The notes below the pieces were generated by a model. The model had not been told where the DNA came from. It did not search any database and saw only the letters and a list, made by a program, of their open reading frames with translations. A DNA stretch of 64,000 nucleotides from Bacteroidales bacterium (GTDB lineage Bacteria; Bacteroidota; Bacteroidia; Bacteroidales; PUMT01). The DNA lies in contig JAWODJ010000082.1 in the NCBI GenBank assembly GCA_046483315.1, forward strand, positions 8,191 through 72,190. The letters are read 5' to 3'. The translations under genes and the position numbers were made by a program. Shown piece after piece: positions 19,224 through 30,103 of this stretch (its first letter is position 1; each line of letters starts with the position of its first letter).

Positions 19224-20480
19224 TTAATGGTTGTATACCAGCATCAGCTGGAATCCTTTGCCTGAGAACATTTCAGCTCCTTCTGACTGCTGTGGCAGGT
19301 TGAAAGTTTCAGGATTCAGAAAAGCCATCAGGTAAAAACTGAACCGGTCATACTGCCTGTGCCAGTTGATAAAATTGTAAGTATTCTTGTTAGTCCAGTC
19401 CCTGTAAACAATAGCACTGATATTATCAAAAATTCCCAGGGGGTAGGAGAGGGATGCCGCGGTTAAGTGGTTCCGGTTGCCCATTTCAAACGGATCCCGG
19501 TCCATTGATATCATTATCTGTTCAACTCCCAGGTGCGGGCCGTTTCCAATGTCGAAAGTGTAATCAGCGCCCAGTGTAAAAAGATGCTGATTTGTCAGTT
19601 GTAGCAGATCCATTCGCTTCTGTATCCATGCAGCTTCAATCCACAGGCCGATCTCTATATCCCATTTGGCATCAAAACCGAACCGGTTTTCAGGTATATT
19701 GCCGGAGAAAAAATTTTCCGGTTCCTGGCCTGATTCCAGAAATCCCTCCTGTCCGGGCAGGGAAAACCATGAAGAAGCAGGATCTGACTGCAGCAGGGCC
19801 GGACCGGTTTTACGGAGATCTGCCTTGCGATGATGAAAGGATAAAGCCGCTTCACCGCCGGGCACAGGCACCTGCAGCCTTCCCCCAAACTCAGGAGTTT
19901 CTTCCCTGGTTTCACCAATCTCCCATGATTTAGGCCCCTTATTCCCATACAGGCCCCAGATCCAGATATTCATATTATTGAGAAAATAGTACCTGCCCAG
20001 CACACCCCATACCCCATCGGTCAGTTGCAGCGGATCACGCGGATCAACCTGGTCAAACCACATAAGGGGTCTTAACATTGAGGCTGAACCGAAGTTTATC
20101 TTCTGCAATCCCAGCCGCAGCTCAAACTGGTTGCCGGAATAACGTGCCCATGCCCGGTAAGGCTTGATGGCTCCTTCATAGTCAAACTCATCAAAGGGAT
20201 GGGTTCCTCCGCTTCCGTTTATATTTGCAGATAGTTCAAGATCAAGAAGCCTGTCATCGCCGACAGGGGTGTTAAAATTCAGCTGTGGAATGTACCGTAA
20301 GCCCATCCAGAGCGGGAGATCATTATCCGGGTTGACATTTGCCCAAACTGATGCCTGACCGCGAAAACCAATATGGTTGTTTTTCTGTGCAACTGCAGAG
20401 AGCAGAGGAACCAGGATCATTAGCACTATGAAAGTTAATTTGAACACCTTTTTTAAAAAGTTATTTAATAGAGGTTTCAT
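19224..20480 (-). CDS. Hypothetical secreted protein, probable outer-membrane beta-barrel
   Basis: Signal peptide, alternating aromatic beta-strand pattern, C-terminal FQLMLVYNH; heads the ABC operon. Confidence 0.6.
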   Translation of the reverse strand: MKPLLNNFLKKVFKLTFIVLMILVPLLSAVAQKNNHIGFRGQASVWANVNPDNDLPLWMGLRYIPQLNFNTPVGDDRLLDLELSANINGSGGTHPFDEFDYEGAIKPYRAWARYSGNQFELRLGLQKINFGSASMLRPLMWFDQVDPRDPLQLTDGVWGVLGRYYFLNNMNIWIWGLYGNKGPKSWEIGETREETPEFGGRLQVPVPGGEAALSFHHRKADLRKTGPALLQSDPASSWFSLPGQEGFLESGQEPENFFSGNIPENRFGFDAKWDIEIGLWIEAAWIQKRMDLLQLTNQHLFTLGADYTFDIGNGPHLGVEQIMISMDRDPFEMGNRNHLTAASLSYPLGIFDNISAIVYRDWTNKNTYNFINWHRQYDRFSFYLMAFLNPETFNLPQQSEGAEMFSGKGFQLMLVYNH

Positions 20481-20490
20481 GCCCCCCTGT

Positions 20491-21117
20491 TCAGATCATG
20501 TCGGGAAATTTCCCGCCAGACTCCTTTTTGTCCTGCGGCATAATCCCGAAGGTAAAGAACCTCGAAAATTCCATAATTGCTTCCTGCGGTGTTCCGTACA
20601 ACCTGAGGAGATTTTCATCTGTTACCATTTCGCTGAATGTCTTTACAATATAAAGAAACCCTTCAGGCTTGAAATCCCTGCGAAACCAACCCTTAGCCTG
20701 GGCCTTTTTGAAATCCTCGATCATCTCCTGCCATACTTCCCTGCTTTTCTTTTCGACCCATCGCGACAGACCCAGTTCAGGATTGCCGTAGAAATCATTC
20801 AGGAACTCCCTGCTGATGTTCATGGTGCCTTCAGATTTAAGCAACAGCATCTGCTCCATCTTTTCCTGTGCCGTAGTATTTTCGTTACTTATAATATCCC
20901 TGAATTTTTCCATTCCAACATCTATTTCTCTGGTATAAACAGACTTTGCAAGCTCAACTTTATTCGGGAAAAATTTATAGAATGTCATTTTGCTTACACC
21001 TGCCTCCCTGCATATCTCCTCAACCGTCACCCGTTTCAGTCCGTGCTTCCAAAAGAGGTCCCTTGATGTTTCAATTATTTGACGGTAACGCGGATTACTT
21101 TTTTCCTCACTTATCAT
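20491..21117 (-). CDS. TetR/AcrR family regulator
   Basis: HTH: LFWKHGLKRVTVEEICREAGVSKMTFYKFFPNK. Start moved to MISEEK (21117). Confidence 0.9.
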   Translation of the reverse strand: MISEEKSNPRYRQIIETSRDLFWKHGLKRVTVEEICREAGVSKMTFYKFFPNKVELAKSVYTREIDVGMEKFRDIISNENTTAQEKMEQMLLLKSEGTMNISREFLNDFYGNPELGLSRWVEKKSREVWQEMIEDFKKAQAKGWFRRDFKPEGFLYIVKTFSEMVTDENLLRLYGTPQEAIMEFSRFFTFGIMPQDKKESGGKFPDMI

Positions 21118-21400
21118 ATAAATACATTTATGCTTCAAATATACGATAAAAGTAAAATAAAACAAAAAAAGTATAATATTTTTTATTTGGTAAATACAAA
21201 ATAAGTCATGATGCCGCTACCAATGACTGATAGTGAAGTTTAAACATTTCCTGGAAACTAGGGTCCTTTGGCCGGGGGCATGCATGGCTACAGAAGCGAT
21301 TCGGTGACCTGTTTCCGTTGTTTTTGTTTATTAGCTCTCTTTTTTGTAAGTTACATGTCGGATATTTTTAAACCTGAGTATTAATCAATCTGCAGACATT

Positions 21401-22381
21401 ATGGATGAACTTAAAAAGATAGCTGTACTTACTTCCGGTGGGGATTCACCGGGAATGAATGCCGCCATCAGGGCGGTCGTAAAGACCGGCCTTTATTACG
21501 GACTTGAGTGCTATGGTATATACAGGGGGTATAGTGGCATGGTAAATGATCAGATTAAACTGCTGGGAAGAGATGATGTTAAAACCATTCTTCCTCTTGG
21601 GGGAACCATACTGAAAAGTGCCAGGTGTGAAGAGTTCAAAACATTTGAAGGGCGGAAAAAAGCCTATGAAAACCTCAAAAAACATCATATAGATGCCCTG
21701 GTTGTAATTGGAGGAGACGGTACGTTTACCGGGGCAAAAATATTCATGAATGAATTTGATTTTCCTGTAATAGGGTTGCCCGGAACAATTGACAATGACC
21801 TTTACGGTACCGATTATACCATTGGTTATGACACTGCTGTAAATACAGTGGTTAGTGCGGTTGATAAGATCAGGGATACGGCCTATTCGCACGATATGCT
21901 TTTTATTGTCGAGGTGATGGGACGTGATGCCGGGTTTATTGCACTGCGGAGCGGACTTGCAAGCGGATCGGGGAAGATACTGATACCGGAGACCAAAACA
22001 TATATTGAAGAGCTGCTTGCGCGACTTGAGAAGAGAATTTCAGACGATGAAACTTCAGCAATAATAATAGTCTCAGAGGGTGATGATTTCGGGGGTGCTA
22101 TGGAGGTGAAAAATATTGTGAATGAACGGTTTCCCGACTATAATACCCGCGTAACAATACTTGGTCATATTCAGAGGGGTGGTTCTCCGACAGCGTTTGA
22201 CAGGATCCTTGCAAGCGGACTTGGTTACCAGGCAGTTAAGGGTCTGGTAGAGGGCAGGAGCGGGGTGATGGTCGGATCGGTAAACCGGAAGATAGAGTTT
22301 GTGCCGTTTGACAGATCGATTAAGCATCATAACAAGATCAATGTTGAGCTGAAGAAGATAGCAGAGATTCTTGCATTGTAA
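21401..22381 (+). CDS. pfkA: ATP-dependent 6-phosphofructokinase
   Basis: TSGGDSPGMNA, GGTILKSAR, GGDGT, PGTIDND, EVMGR, LGHIQRGG. Confidence 0.96.
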   Translation: MDELKKIAVLTSGGDSPGMNAAIRAVVKTGLYYGLECYGIYRGYSGMVNDQIKLLGRDDVKTILPLGGTILKSARCEEFKTFEGRKKAYENLKKHHIDALVVIGGDGTFTGAKIFMNEFDFPVIGLPGTIDNDLYGTDYTIGYDTAVNTVVSAVDKIRDTAYSHDMLFIVEVMGRDAGFIALRSGLASGSGKILIPETKTYIEELLARLEKRISDDETSAIIIVSEGDDFGGAMEVKNIVNERFPDYNTRVTILGHIQRGGSPTAFDRILASGLGYQAVKGLVEGRSGVMVGSVNRKIEFVPFDRSIKHHNKINVELKKIAEILAL

Positions 22382-22448
22382 AGTGCCACCCTGCAAATAT
22401 CTTGCCGGTCCCTGATCAAAGCAGCTTAAAACAGCTATTACAGAATGG

Positions 22449-23693
22449 TCACCGGCTCTTCCTGAACTTCATTAGTCTGCCGTAGGTCAGGCTGCGCCAC
22501 AGCCATTCAAAAGGACCATAATCAAAGTATTTCAGCCATACTTTGCTGTAGTATATCTGAATACCGAATATCACTATTGTTAGCAGTACCCCCTGCCAGG
22601 CAGTTATCTGTGAAAACAGCCCGAAACCGTATGAAAGGAACAGTGTTGTACAAATAATCGAGTGCATCAGGTAATTCGTGAGTGCCATACGACCCACAGG
22701 CGACATGAGCGAACCAAATCCTTTAAGTTTACCCCTGTTAACCAGCAGGACTATACCCGAGATATAAGCTATTCCGAATGAAATCCCCCCTATTATGTGT
22801 CCGGCGCTGTAAAGGACACTGTAGATGTCAGCCATTGCCGCACTGGTTTGAAAATATGAGTATGTATAAATGGTGTTGGCAATTAAGCCAGTGATCAGTG
22901 CAATGCGGAATGTTTTCCTGAAAAATGGCAGATGATCCTGGTAGTTTCTTATAATTTCTTTTTTTGCCGCCCATACGCCTGTCAGAAACATTGCAAATAC
23001 CATAGGATAGAAGAATAATATTCCGGGCAGCAATAACTGGTACTCCCTCAGGCGAATGGAGACTATTTCAGTGAAAGAGCCGGTCGAATAAACTGCAGAG
23101 GCTTTAACGATCATTGATTCCATGAAGGTTGCCCTCTCCTGAAGGCTTGCATCCACCGCCGTTTTCGCTTCAGGATCCATTGATGCCAGAACGGTCATTA
23201 ATACACCCAGACTGCTGATAATTATTGGTATAAGTATGAGCCATATTGCCCATTTGATCAGGCTGCGCCCTGATTTCCGCCGAAAGGCAATTAACAGGAA
23301 TCCGAACAGGGCATAAAAAACCAGAATATCGCCGGCCCAAAGCAAGACTACGTGCAGTATACCAAAAATGAGCAGGAAGAATGCACGGCGCCTGAAAACG
23401 GGTATGATACTTTTGCCTTCGTGCCCCGGTTTATTAATGAAGAGCCAGAAGCCGTAACCGAAGAGCATGGAGAAGATCACGTAGAATTTGCCCTCAAAGA
23501 AGAATTTAATAAGTATCTCGGCGATGGTGTCGGCAATTGATATGAAACCGGGATACCCCGCCAGCATCAGGCTTACAGGCCTGTAAAATATCTGCATATT
23601 GACCATAAGTATCCCAAAAATGGCCAGTCCGCGCAAAACATCAAGCAGAACAATACGTTCTGTTGAAGTGACAGGGGAGGTGATTGTGCTCAT
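22449..23693 (-). CDS. DUF418/YeiB-family membrane protein
   Basis: RIVLLDVLRGLAIFGILMVN, FSMLFGYG, GDIL..YA, GRMALTNYL, GPFEWLWR. Start moved to MSTITSP (23693). Confidence 0.85.
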   Translation of the reverse strand: MSTITSPVTSTERIVLLDVLRGLAIFGILMVNMQIFYRPVSLMLAGYPGFISIADTIAEILIKFFFEGKFYVIFSMLFGYGFWLFINKPGHEGKSIIPVFRRRAFFLLIFGILHVVLLWAGDILVFYALFGFLLIAFRRKSGRSLIKWAIWLILIPIIISSLGVLMTVLASMDPEAKTAVDASLQERATFMESMIVKASAVYSTGSFTEIVSIRLREYQLLLPGILFFYPMVFAMFLTGVWAAKKEIIRNYQDHLPFFRKTFRIALITGLIANTIYTYSYFQTSAAMADIYSVLYSAGHIIGGISFGIAYISGIVLLVNRGKLKGFGSLMSPVGRMALTNYLMHSIICTTLFLSYGFGLFSQITAWQGVLLTIVIFGIQIYYSKVWLKYFDYGPFEWLWRSLTYGRLMKFRKSR

Positions 23694-23767
23694 TTGTTCA
23701 ATTATTATTAATAACAAAATTTTATTTGAACAGGTTACTTTATAAATAATCCATAAAGAGGCATCAA

Positions 23768-26700
23768 TCAACCCGTCAGCTCAGAAAGTAATTTACGTGC
23801 CTCTTCTGTTGTGATCTGTTTCCGGATTGCATAATCTTCAACCTGGTCGTTCAGTATCCTGCCTATATTGAAATACCTGCTTTCAGGATGGGCAAAATAG
23901 TAACCGCAAACCGAGGCTGCCGGCATCATCATAAAGCTTTCGGTAAGAGAGATGCCTGTTTTTTCGGTGGCTCCCAGAAGGTCGAAGAGTCTTGTCTTTT
24001 CAGAATGTTCCGGGCAGGCGGGATATCCGGGTGCAGGCCTGATGCCCCGGTAGGACTCTTTCAGCAGCTCATCCGGGTTCAGGTTTTCATCCTTTGCATA
24101 ACCCCAGTACTCTTTTCTGACCCTCTCATGCAGGTATTCGGCAAATGCTTCTGCCAGTCTGTCGGCCAGCACCTTCAGCATAATGCTGCTGTAATCGTCA
24201 TTTGAATCTTCAAACTTTTTAACCCATTTCTCAATACCCTTCCCGGCAGTAACTGCAAATAATCCTATGTAGTCGGACTGTTCACTATCCACAGGAGCAA
24301 TAAAATCGGCCAGGCAAAGGTTGGGCACACCGGGTTCCTTCTGCTCCTGGTTGCGCAGAAAGAGGAATCGTTCAATCTCCTTTTTTTCAGAGTGACTACT
24401 GTATATAATCACATCATCGCCATAGGACGCGGCAGGGTAGAAGCCTGTGACGCCGCTTAATCCCAGCATCCTGTCCGTTACTATCCTTTCGAGCATCTTC
24501 TGTGCATCATCATAAAGCTTCCTGGCCTCTTCGCCCTTTACCGGGTCGTCGAAAATCGCAGGATATCTGCCTCTTATCTCCCAGGCATGGAAAAAGAATG
24601 TCCAGTCGATATACGGTACCAGCACATCAGCCGGGAGGCTGCCGATGATTATTTCATCCTTCGCCGGTCTTACGATGCCGGCTTTCTCAATGTCAAAACC
24701 AAACCTGTTCTGACGTGCATCATCCAGACTGATATACTGTTTTCCCTGCCTTATGTTTTTCTGTTTTTCCCTCAGGTCGCTGTATCGCTCCTTCATCTTT
24801 TGCACATAGGCAGGTTTTTGCTCCTTTGAAAGAAGTGATGATAAGACCCCGGTACATTTGGATGCATCCCTCACATGAATGACCGGATTCTCATAAACCG
24901 GCGATATCTTTACCGCAGTGTGCATTTCGCTGGTTGTTGCTCCGCCAATAAGAAGCGGGATGTCAAGGCCGCGTATCTGCATCTGCTGAGCCACGTTCAC
25001 CATCTCCTCAAGCGACGGCGTTATCAGTCCGCTCAACCCTATCACATCGGCATTTTCGCCGGCAGCAGTATCCAGTATTTTATCAGCCGGCACCATCACA
25101 CCCATGTCTATCACCTCGTAGTTGTTGCATCCCAGTACAACCCCTACTATATTTTTGCCGATATCATGTACGTCTCCCTTGACAGTTGCCAGGAGAACTT
25201 TACCGGCATTCTTACTTGTATCACCCTCAAGTTTTTCTTCCTCGATAAATGGCTGGAGATACGCAACCGCCTTTTTCATCACCCTGGCACTTTTAACAAC
25301 CTGCGGCAGGAACATTTTACCATCGCCAAACAGGTCGCCCACGACATTCATCCCCTCCATAAGGGGTCCTTCGATAAGATCAAGAGAACGGTCAAAACCT
25401 GGCCGGGCCTCTTCAGCATCAGATTCAATAAACTCATCCAGGCCGTTGACAAGGGCATGGATTATCCTGTCGCGGACAGGCCTGTTTCTCCATTCAGCAC
25501 TCCTTTTAATGCTTTTTTTATCCTGTTTGCCCGCCTGTTCAGTGTATTTAAGCAGTCTTCCCGTGGCATCCTTTCTCCGGTTGAATATTGCATCCTCTAC
25601 CAGCTTCAGGAGACCGGCCGGGATTTCATCATAAACAACTATGGTTTCCGGGTTGACAATGCCCATGTTAAGACCCGCTTTGATGGCATGATAAAGGAAT
25701 GCTGCATGCATTGCTTCGCGAACAAGGTTGTTTCCCCGGAAGGAAAATGACAGGTTTGAAATACCACCGCTGACGCTTGCAAGCGGAAGGTTTTTCTTAA
25801 TCCACTCAACAGTTTTCAGAAAATCAACGGCATAGTTGTCATGCTCCTCCATTCCCGTGCAAATAGTGAGAATATTCGGGTCGAATATTATATCCTGCGG
25901 AGGGAAGCAGGCTTTGTTAACCAGCAGGTCGTAAGTCCGTTTACAGATTTCAATCTTCCGGTCAAAGCTGTCCGCCTGTCCCCGCTCATCAAAAGCCATC
26001 ACAATAACTGCAGCACCTGTATCCCTTATAAAACCTGCCTGTTCAAGAAAAGCTTTTTCTCCCTCCTTGAGGCTTATGGAGTTTACTATACCTTTTCCCT
26101 GCAGGCATTTCAATCCGGCTTCCAGCACTGTCCATTTGGAAGAGTCGATCATAACAGGCACCCTGGCTATGTCCGGTTCGGCAGCCATCAGGTTCAGGAA
26201 TCTGACCATTGCTTTTTCGGCGTCCAGCATGGCATCATCCATGTTTACATCAATGATCTGGGCTCCGTTATCAACCTGATTGCGTGCAATTGCAAGTGCC
26301 TCATTGTAATTCTCCTCCCGTATCAGCCGTGCAAATTTCCTGGAACCCGCAACATTGGTACGTTCGCCGATATTAATAAAGTTGCTGCCTTCAAAAACCG
26401 GCAACGCCTCCAGTCCGCTCAACCTGAGAGCAGGTCTAATGACCGGAGGGACGCGTACTTCAGCTTCCCGTGCCAGTCCCGCGAATATTGCAATATGCTC
26501 AGGCGTTGTGCCGCAACAGCCTCCGATAATATTGACCAGCTTTTTGTCAAGAAACCTATTAATATGTACCGCCATTTCATCAGGCTGCTCATCATATTCG
26601 CCAAGCTGGTTTGGAAGTCCTGCATTAGGATAGAGGCTCGTGAAGAATTCAGTACGGCTGCTGAGCTCTTCAATATGCGCTCCCAGCTCTTTTGCCCCCA

Positions 26701-27442
26701 TGGCGCAATTGAGCCCGATACTCAAAAGAGGAAAATGAGAAACAGAATAGAGAAAAGCCTCAAGTGTCTGTCCCGAAAGCGTACGTCCGCTGGCATCGGT
26801 AATTGTAAAGGAGAGCATTACCGGAAGGGATTTCTGCTTATCGCGGAATAGTTTGTTAATGGCGCTCAGTGCCGCTTTGGCATTAAGGGTGTCAAAAACT
26901 GTCTCAACAAGCAGCAGATCCGCCCCGGCATCGAAAAGGGCTTCAGCCTGCTCATAATATACATTTTTAAGATCGTCAAAGCTGATTGCCCTGTAGCCGG
27001 GATCATTTACATCGGGCGACATGCTTGCCGTCTTGTTGGTGGGGCCGATTGCCCCTGCAACAAACCTTGGTTTTGCAGGGTCTGCTTTTGTGAAGGCAGC
27101 GGTGCATTCTTTTGCCACTCTGACCGCGGCCATGTTTATATCCCTCACAAGGTGAACCATGTCATAGTCCCCCATCGAAACGGCATTGCTGCTGAAGGTG
27201 TTGGTCTCGATAATGTCGGCCCCTGCTTCCAGGAACTGTTCATGGATATTTTTAATTATTTCCGGCCTGCTGATATTGAGAATGTCGTTGTTGCCTTTCA
27301 GGGAGGAGGCGTGGGAGGCAAATATTTTTGAACGGTATCCGTCTTCATCAAGACGATACTGTTGGATCATTGTGCCCATGGCGCCGTCGAGTACCAGCAC
27401 CCTTCTTTTTAACAGATCGTATATTGGATGATTGTTATGCAT
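23768..27442 (-). CDS. metH: Cobalamin-dependent methionine synthase
   Basis: [27 protein letters not shown]12-binding [18 protein letters not shown]. Confidence 0.97.
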   Translation of the reverse strand: MHNNHPIYDLLKRRVLVLDGAMGTMIQQYRLDEDGYRSKIFASHASSLKGNNDILNISRPEIIKNIHEQFLEAGADIIETNTFSSNAVSMGDYDMVHLVRDINMAAVRVAKECTAAFTKADPAKPRFVAGAIGPTNKTASMSPDVNDPGYRAISFDDLKNVYYEQAEALFDAGADLLLVETVFDTLNAKAALSAINKLFRDKQKSLPVMLSFTITDASGRTLSGQTLEAFLYSVSHFPLLSIGLNCAMGAKELGAHIEELSSRTEFFTSLYPNAGLPNQLGEYDEQPDEMAVHINRFLDKKLVNIIGGCCGTTPEHIAIFAGLAREAEVRVPPVIRPALRLSGLEALPVFEGSNFINIGERTNVAGSRKFARLIREENYNEALAIARNQVDNGAQIIDVNMDDAMLDAEKAMVRFLNLMAAEPDIARVPVMIDSSKWTVLEAGLKCLQGKGIVNSISLKEGEKAFLEQAGFIRDTGAAVIVMAFDERGQADSFDRKIEICKRTYDLLVNKACFPPQDIIFDPNILTICTGMEEHDNYAVDFLKTVEWIKKNLPLASVSGGISNLSFSFRGNNLVREAMHAAFLYHAIKAGLNMGIVNPETIVVYDEIPAGLLKLVEDAIFNRRKDATGRLLKYTEQAGKQDKKSIKRSAEWRNRPVRDRIIHALVNGLDEFIESDAEEARPGFDRSLDLIEGPLMEGMNVVGDLFGDGKMFLPQVVKSARVMKKAVAYLQPFIEEEKLEGDTSKNAGKVLLATVKGDVHDIGKNIVGVVLGCNNYEVIDMGVMVPADKILDTAAGENADVIGLSGLITPSLEEMVNVAQQMQIRGLDIPLLIGGATTSEMHTAVKISPVYENPVIHVRDASKCTGVLSSLLSKEQKPAYVQKMKERYSDLREKQKNIRQGKQYISLDDARQNRFGFDIEKAGIVRPAKDEIIIGSLPADVLVPYIDWTFFFHAWEIRGRYPAIFDDPVKGEEARKLYDDAQKMLERIVTDRMLGLSGVTGFYPAASYGDDVIIYSSHSEKKEIERFLFLRNQEQKEPGVPNLCLADFIAPVDSEQSDYIGLFAVTAGKGIEKWVKKFEDSNDDYSSIMLKVLADRLAEAFAEYLHERVRKEYWGYAKDENLNPDELLKESYRGIRPAPGYPACPEHSEKTRLFDLLGATEKTGISLTESFMMMPAASVCGYYFAHPESRYFNIGRILNDQVEDYAIRKQITTEEARKLLSELTG

Positions 27443-27505
27443 TTAAAACTGTAAAATTAAATTAAAAATTTAAAATCATCACTGGTAACTTTATGTAATG
27501 AAGAG

Positions 27506-28168
27506 TCAGATATTTGGCTTTTTAAGACCAAGCAGAATCGGGAATGCCTTGTGTACATCCTTCTCTGCAAACACAAGACTTACTTCATTGGTTGTGGAGA
27601 TTATTTCACAAATATTGATACCTCCCCATGCCAGGTTTTTCAGAATGTAATAGTACACCCCCGAAATCTCGGTGTTATCTTCAGGAAGGCGTATGGTGAC
27701 GGATCCCAGCCCTGTTTTCCGCGAAAGCATTTTTTCCCTGACGAATATCCGGTCTATAATCTTATCCAGCGAGTTGCTGGCCACTATGGTTGTTTCATAA
27801 ACTCCCTGTGAAAATGTGCAGAAAACATTTTTTTCGCTGCCAATCTCATCTATCAGGTTTCGCTGGCAGGCGATGAGGGCAGGTGAATTCTCAAAACTAT
27901 GGTCGCTCAGATCGGAACGGACTATTATATCGCCCAGCTTGCTCATAAAAGTTTTTATTCCCTTGCTTATCTTGAAGTAGTAACCCGGTTCTCTCCTGTT
28001 GATTGCCATTATTATGGCTCCTTCCTGTACCGGTTTTTTCAGTGTTTTCTCAATATCCGGTTTTAACTTTCTGGCAAGTGAGGATACATTGACAATATTG
28101 TCGGTAATCGCTTCTTCAAGAAAGGGGGACTGCGATATCAGTCTTTCCACTGCTTGTGCAATAGTCAT
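27506..28168 (-). CDS. ACT-domain protein with a putative N-terminal DNA-binding region (no kinase domain)
   Basis: 220 aa; N-terminal IVNVSSLARKLKPDIE helix pattern; C-terminal ACT-like GVYYYILKNLAWGGINICEIISTTNEVSLV. Confidence 0.65.
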   Translation of the reverse strand: MTIAQAVERLISQSPFLEEAITDNIVNVSSLARKLKPDIEKTLKKPVQEGAIIMAINRREPGYYFKISKGIKTFMSKLGDIIVRSDLSDHSFENSPALIACQRNLIDEIGSEKNVFCTFSQGVYETTIVASNSLDKIIDRIFVREKMLSRKTGLGSVTIRLPEDNTEISGVYYYILKNLAWGGINICEIISTTNEVSLVFAEKDVHKAFPILLGLKKPNI

Positions 28169-28196
28169 GACACCAGTTTTTGTTATAATATTTACA

Positions 28197-28204
28197 CAAA
28201 GTTA
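28197..28204 (-). promoter_or_regulatory. Bacteroidota -7 element (TAACTTTG) for the ACT-protein/metH transcript
   Basis: Exact TAnnTTTG on the minus strand, about 30 nt upstream of 28168. Confidence 0.55.
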
Positions 28205-28403
28205 TAAATATGTTGTAATTGTTTAGAAAATTATTCATTATTATCAGGAAGTGAGAAGTGAATTATTCTTTCGGCATCAACTTTTGAATTTCTCTGTTAT
28301 TTATTGTAACTTATAGATTTTATTATCCGTATAAAGCTCATATTGTATTAATTAGACACAATAATTGTTGATTTGGGCTGTTGTTCATATAAAATATGAA
28401 GCT

Positions 28404-29147
28404 ATGATACGACAACTATTTACACTCTTCATGTTTTTGATTATTCTGGCTTGTCAGTCTGTCGCCCAGGATTTCAGGATCACACCTCCGGAATTAAATT
28501 TTGACGGCAACCGGTTAAATATTGCCTATGATATTTTAAGTGACAATTCAGATGATCTGTTTTACGTATGGGTTGAGATAGAAAAACAAAACGGCGAAGC
28601 TGTCAGGGTAAAGACACCCGAAGGGGATGTGGGTGAGAAAATAAAACCCGGAAGGAACAAAAGGATTAGCTGGGTTCCCGAAACCGACATGGTTTTTCTC
28701 AATGAGGAGGTTTTTGTGGAGATTAAAGCAGAGAGATACCTGAAGTCTTTCAGCAAAGGTTCCCTCATGCTCAAGTCCGCGGTCCTGCCCGGCCTTGGCC
28801 AGAGCAGTGCAAGTGGTGGCAGGCCCTGGTGGCTTGCAGGAGTGGCAACATATGGAGCTTTGGCTGCCGGATTTATAACGTACCAGGGTCATCTGAGTAC
28901 TTATGATTTATATCTTTCTGAAGATGACCCTTTTAACAGAGTTGAGCTTTTTGACAAGGCACAAAGCCAGAGAGACATTGCCAATGTCCTTTTTATTTCA
29001 GGTGCGGCCGCCTGGGCTGCAAATATGATCTGGATGGTTGCAACACCGGACAGGTATCAGCCGCTCAGACATGCACCTTTTGCTGTTAATCCTTACTTGT
29101 CACCGTATTACGGAAATACAGGATTAATCGTAACAATAAAATTTTAA
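28404..29147 (+). CDS. Hypothetical exported protein with an Ig-like N-domain and a DUF5683-like C-terminal membrane region
   Basis: Signal peptide from MIRQLF (28404); KSAVLPGLGQ followed by hydrophobic helices; C-terminal GLIVTIKF. Confidence 0.6.
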   Translation: MIRQLFTLFMFLIILACQSVAQDFRITPPELNFDGNRLNIAYDILSDNSDDLFYVWVEIEKQNGEAVRVKTPEGDVGEKIKPGRNKRISWVPETDMVFLNEEVFVEIKAERYLKSFSKGSLMLKSAVLPGLGQSSASGGRPWWLAGVATYGALAAGFITYQGHLSTYDLYLSEDDPFNRVELFDKAQSQRDIANVLFISGAAAWAANMIWMVATPDRYQPLRHAPFAVNPYLSPYYGNTGLIVTIKF

Positions 29148-29158
29148 TCTTCAGAGCC

Positions 29159-30061
29159 ATGAGAAAGTTTATTTTTTTTGTGATTTTATACTCTGTTTCT
29201 GTAATGGCTGTTAATGCCCAGGTTGTAAGCAGTGAAAAAAGAGCGGTTCACATAAATAACAGGACATCAGAGGAGGCCAGGGAAGATCCCCTGCCGGAAG
29301 AGGCTGAGGGGGATATTGAACAATTATTGCCTGTGCCGGAGACACCGGCTGTTGAAGGTAAATATTATGCGCTCATATTCGGGATAAATGATTATGATGA
29401 CCCCCGTATAATGGATCTGGATAATCCGATCAGGGATGCGGATTTGTTCTATAAAACCATTACTTCCCGGTACACATTTGACAGGGAAAATGTTCGGTTT
29501 TTACGCAATGCCAGTATGGCTGAGATGGTTGAATCGCTTGATCATTTTGCCAGGGTTGTCACACCTGAAGATAATTTCATGGTGTTTTATGCAGGCCACG
29601 GTTTATGGAATCCCGATGCACAGATAGGTTTCTGGCTGCCTTCAGATGCCCAACAGAGCAGTACCCTTAACTGGTTCAGAAACAGTACCCTTCGCGATTA
29701 CCTGCGTGAGATAAAATCAAAACACACTCTTGTTATATCCGATGCCTGTTTTGCCGGTGCTATTTTTAAGACCCGCAGGGCCTTTGCAGATGCCTCGCTT
29801 GCCATAAACAGGTTATATGAGCTTCCGAGCCGGAAAGCCATGACAAGCGGCACACTTTCCGAGGTTCCCGATCAGAGTGCATTCATTAAGTATATGATTG
29901 ACAGGTTAGAGAACAATGATCAGAAATTCCTCTCTTCTGAACAGTTATTCAGCAGTTTCCGTATAGCCGTTATTAATAACAGTAAAGCTATTCCCCAGTA
30001 CGGTGAAATTCAGGATGTAGGCGATGAAGGGGGCGATTTCATCTTTATTCTCAGGGAATAG
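29159..30061 (+). CDS. Secreted caspase-family (peptidase C14) protease
   Basis: Signal peptide; YALIFGINDY, L.NP..DA, catalytic His in FYAGHG and Cys in SDACF. Confidence 0.88.
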   Translation: MRKFIFFVILYSVSVMAVNAQVVSSEKRAVHINNRTSEEAREDPLPEEAEGDIEQLLPVPETPAVEGKYYALIFGINDYDDPRIMDLDNPIRDADLFYKTITSRYTFDRENVRFLRNASMAEMVESLDHFARVVTPEDNFMVFYAGHGLWNPDAQIGFWLPSDAQQSSTLNWFRNSTLRDYLREIKSKHTLVISDACFAGAIFKTRRAFADASLAINRLYELPSRKAMTSGTLSEVPDQSAFIKYMIDRLENNDQKFLSSEQLFSSFRIAVINNSKAIPQYGEIQDVGDEGGDFIFILRE

Positions 30062-30103
30062 ATAAACAGTGAATCACAATTACTCCAAACACAAACTGAT
30101 CAG

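Noticed and set aside
17641-21066. Plus-strand ORFs of 257 aa and 229 aa opposite the permease and TetR genes
   Set aside because: Antisense shadow frames with atypical composition.
24875-26851. Long plus-strand ORFs (291 and 336 aa) opposite metH
   Set aside because: Antisense shadows of a highly conserved gene, with no recognisable motifs.
27443-27505. SAM or cobalamin riboswitch upstream of metH
   Set aside because: The gap is only 63 nt, AT-rich, and lacks the conserved aptamer motifs.
27506-28168. Aspartate kinase
   Set aside because: Too short and lacks the KFGG kinase domain; only ACT-like segments are present.
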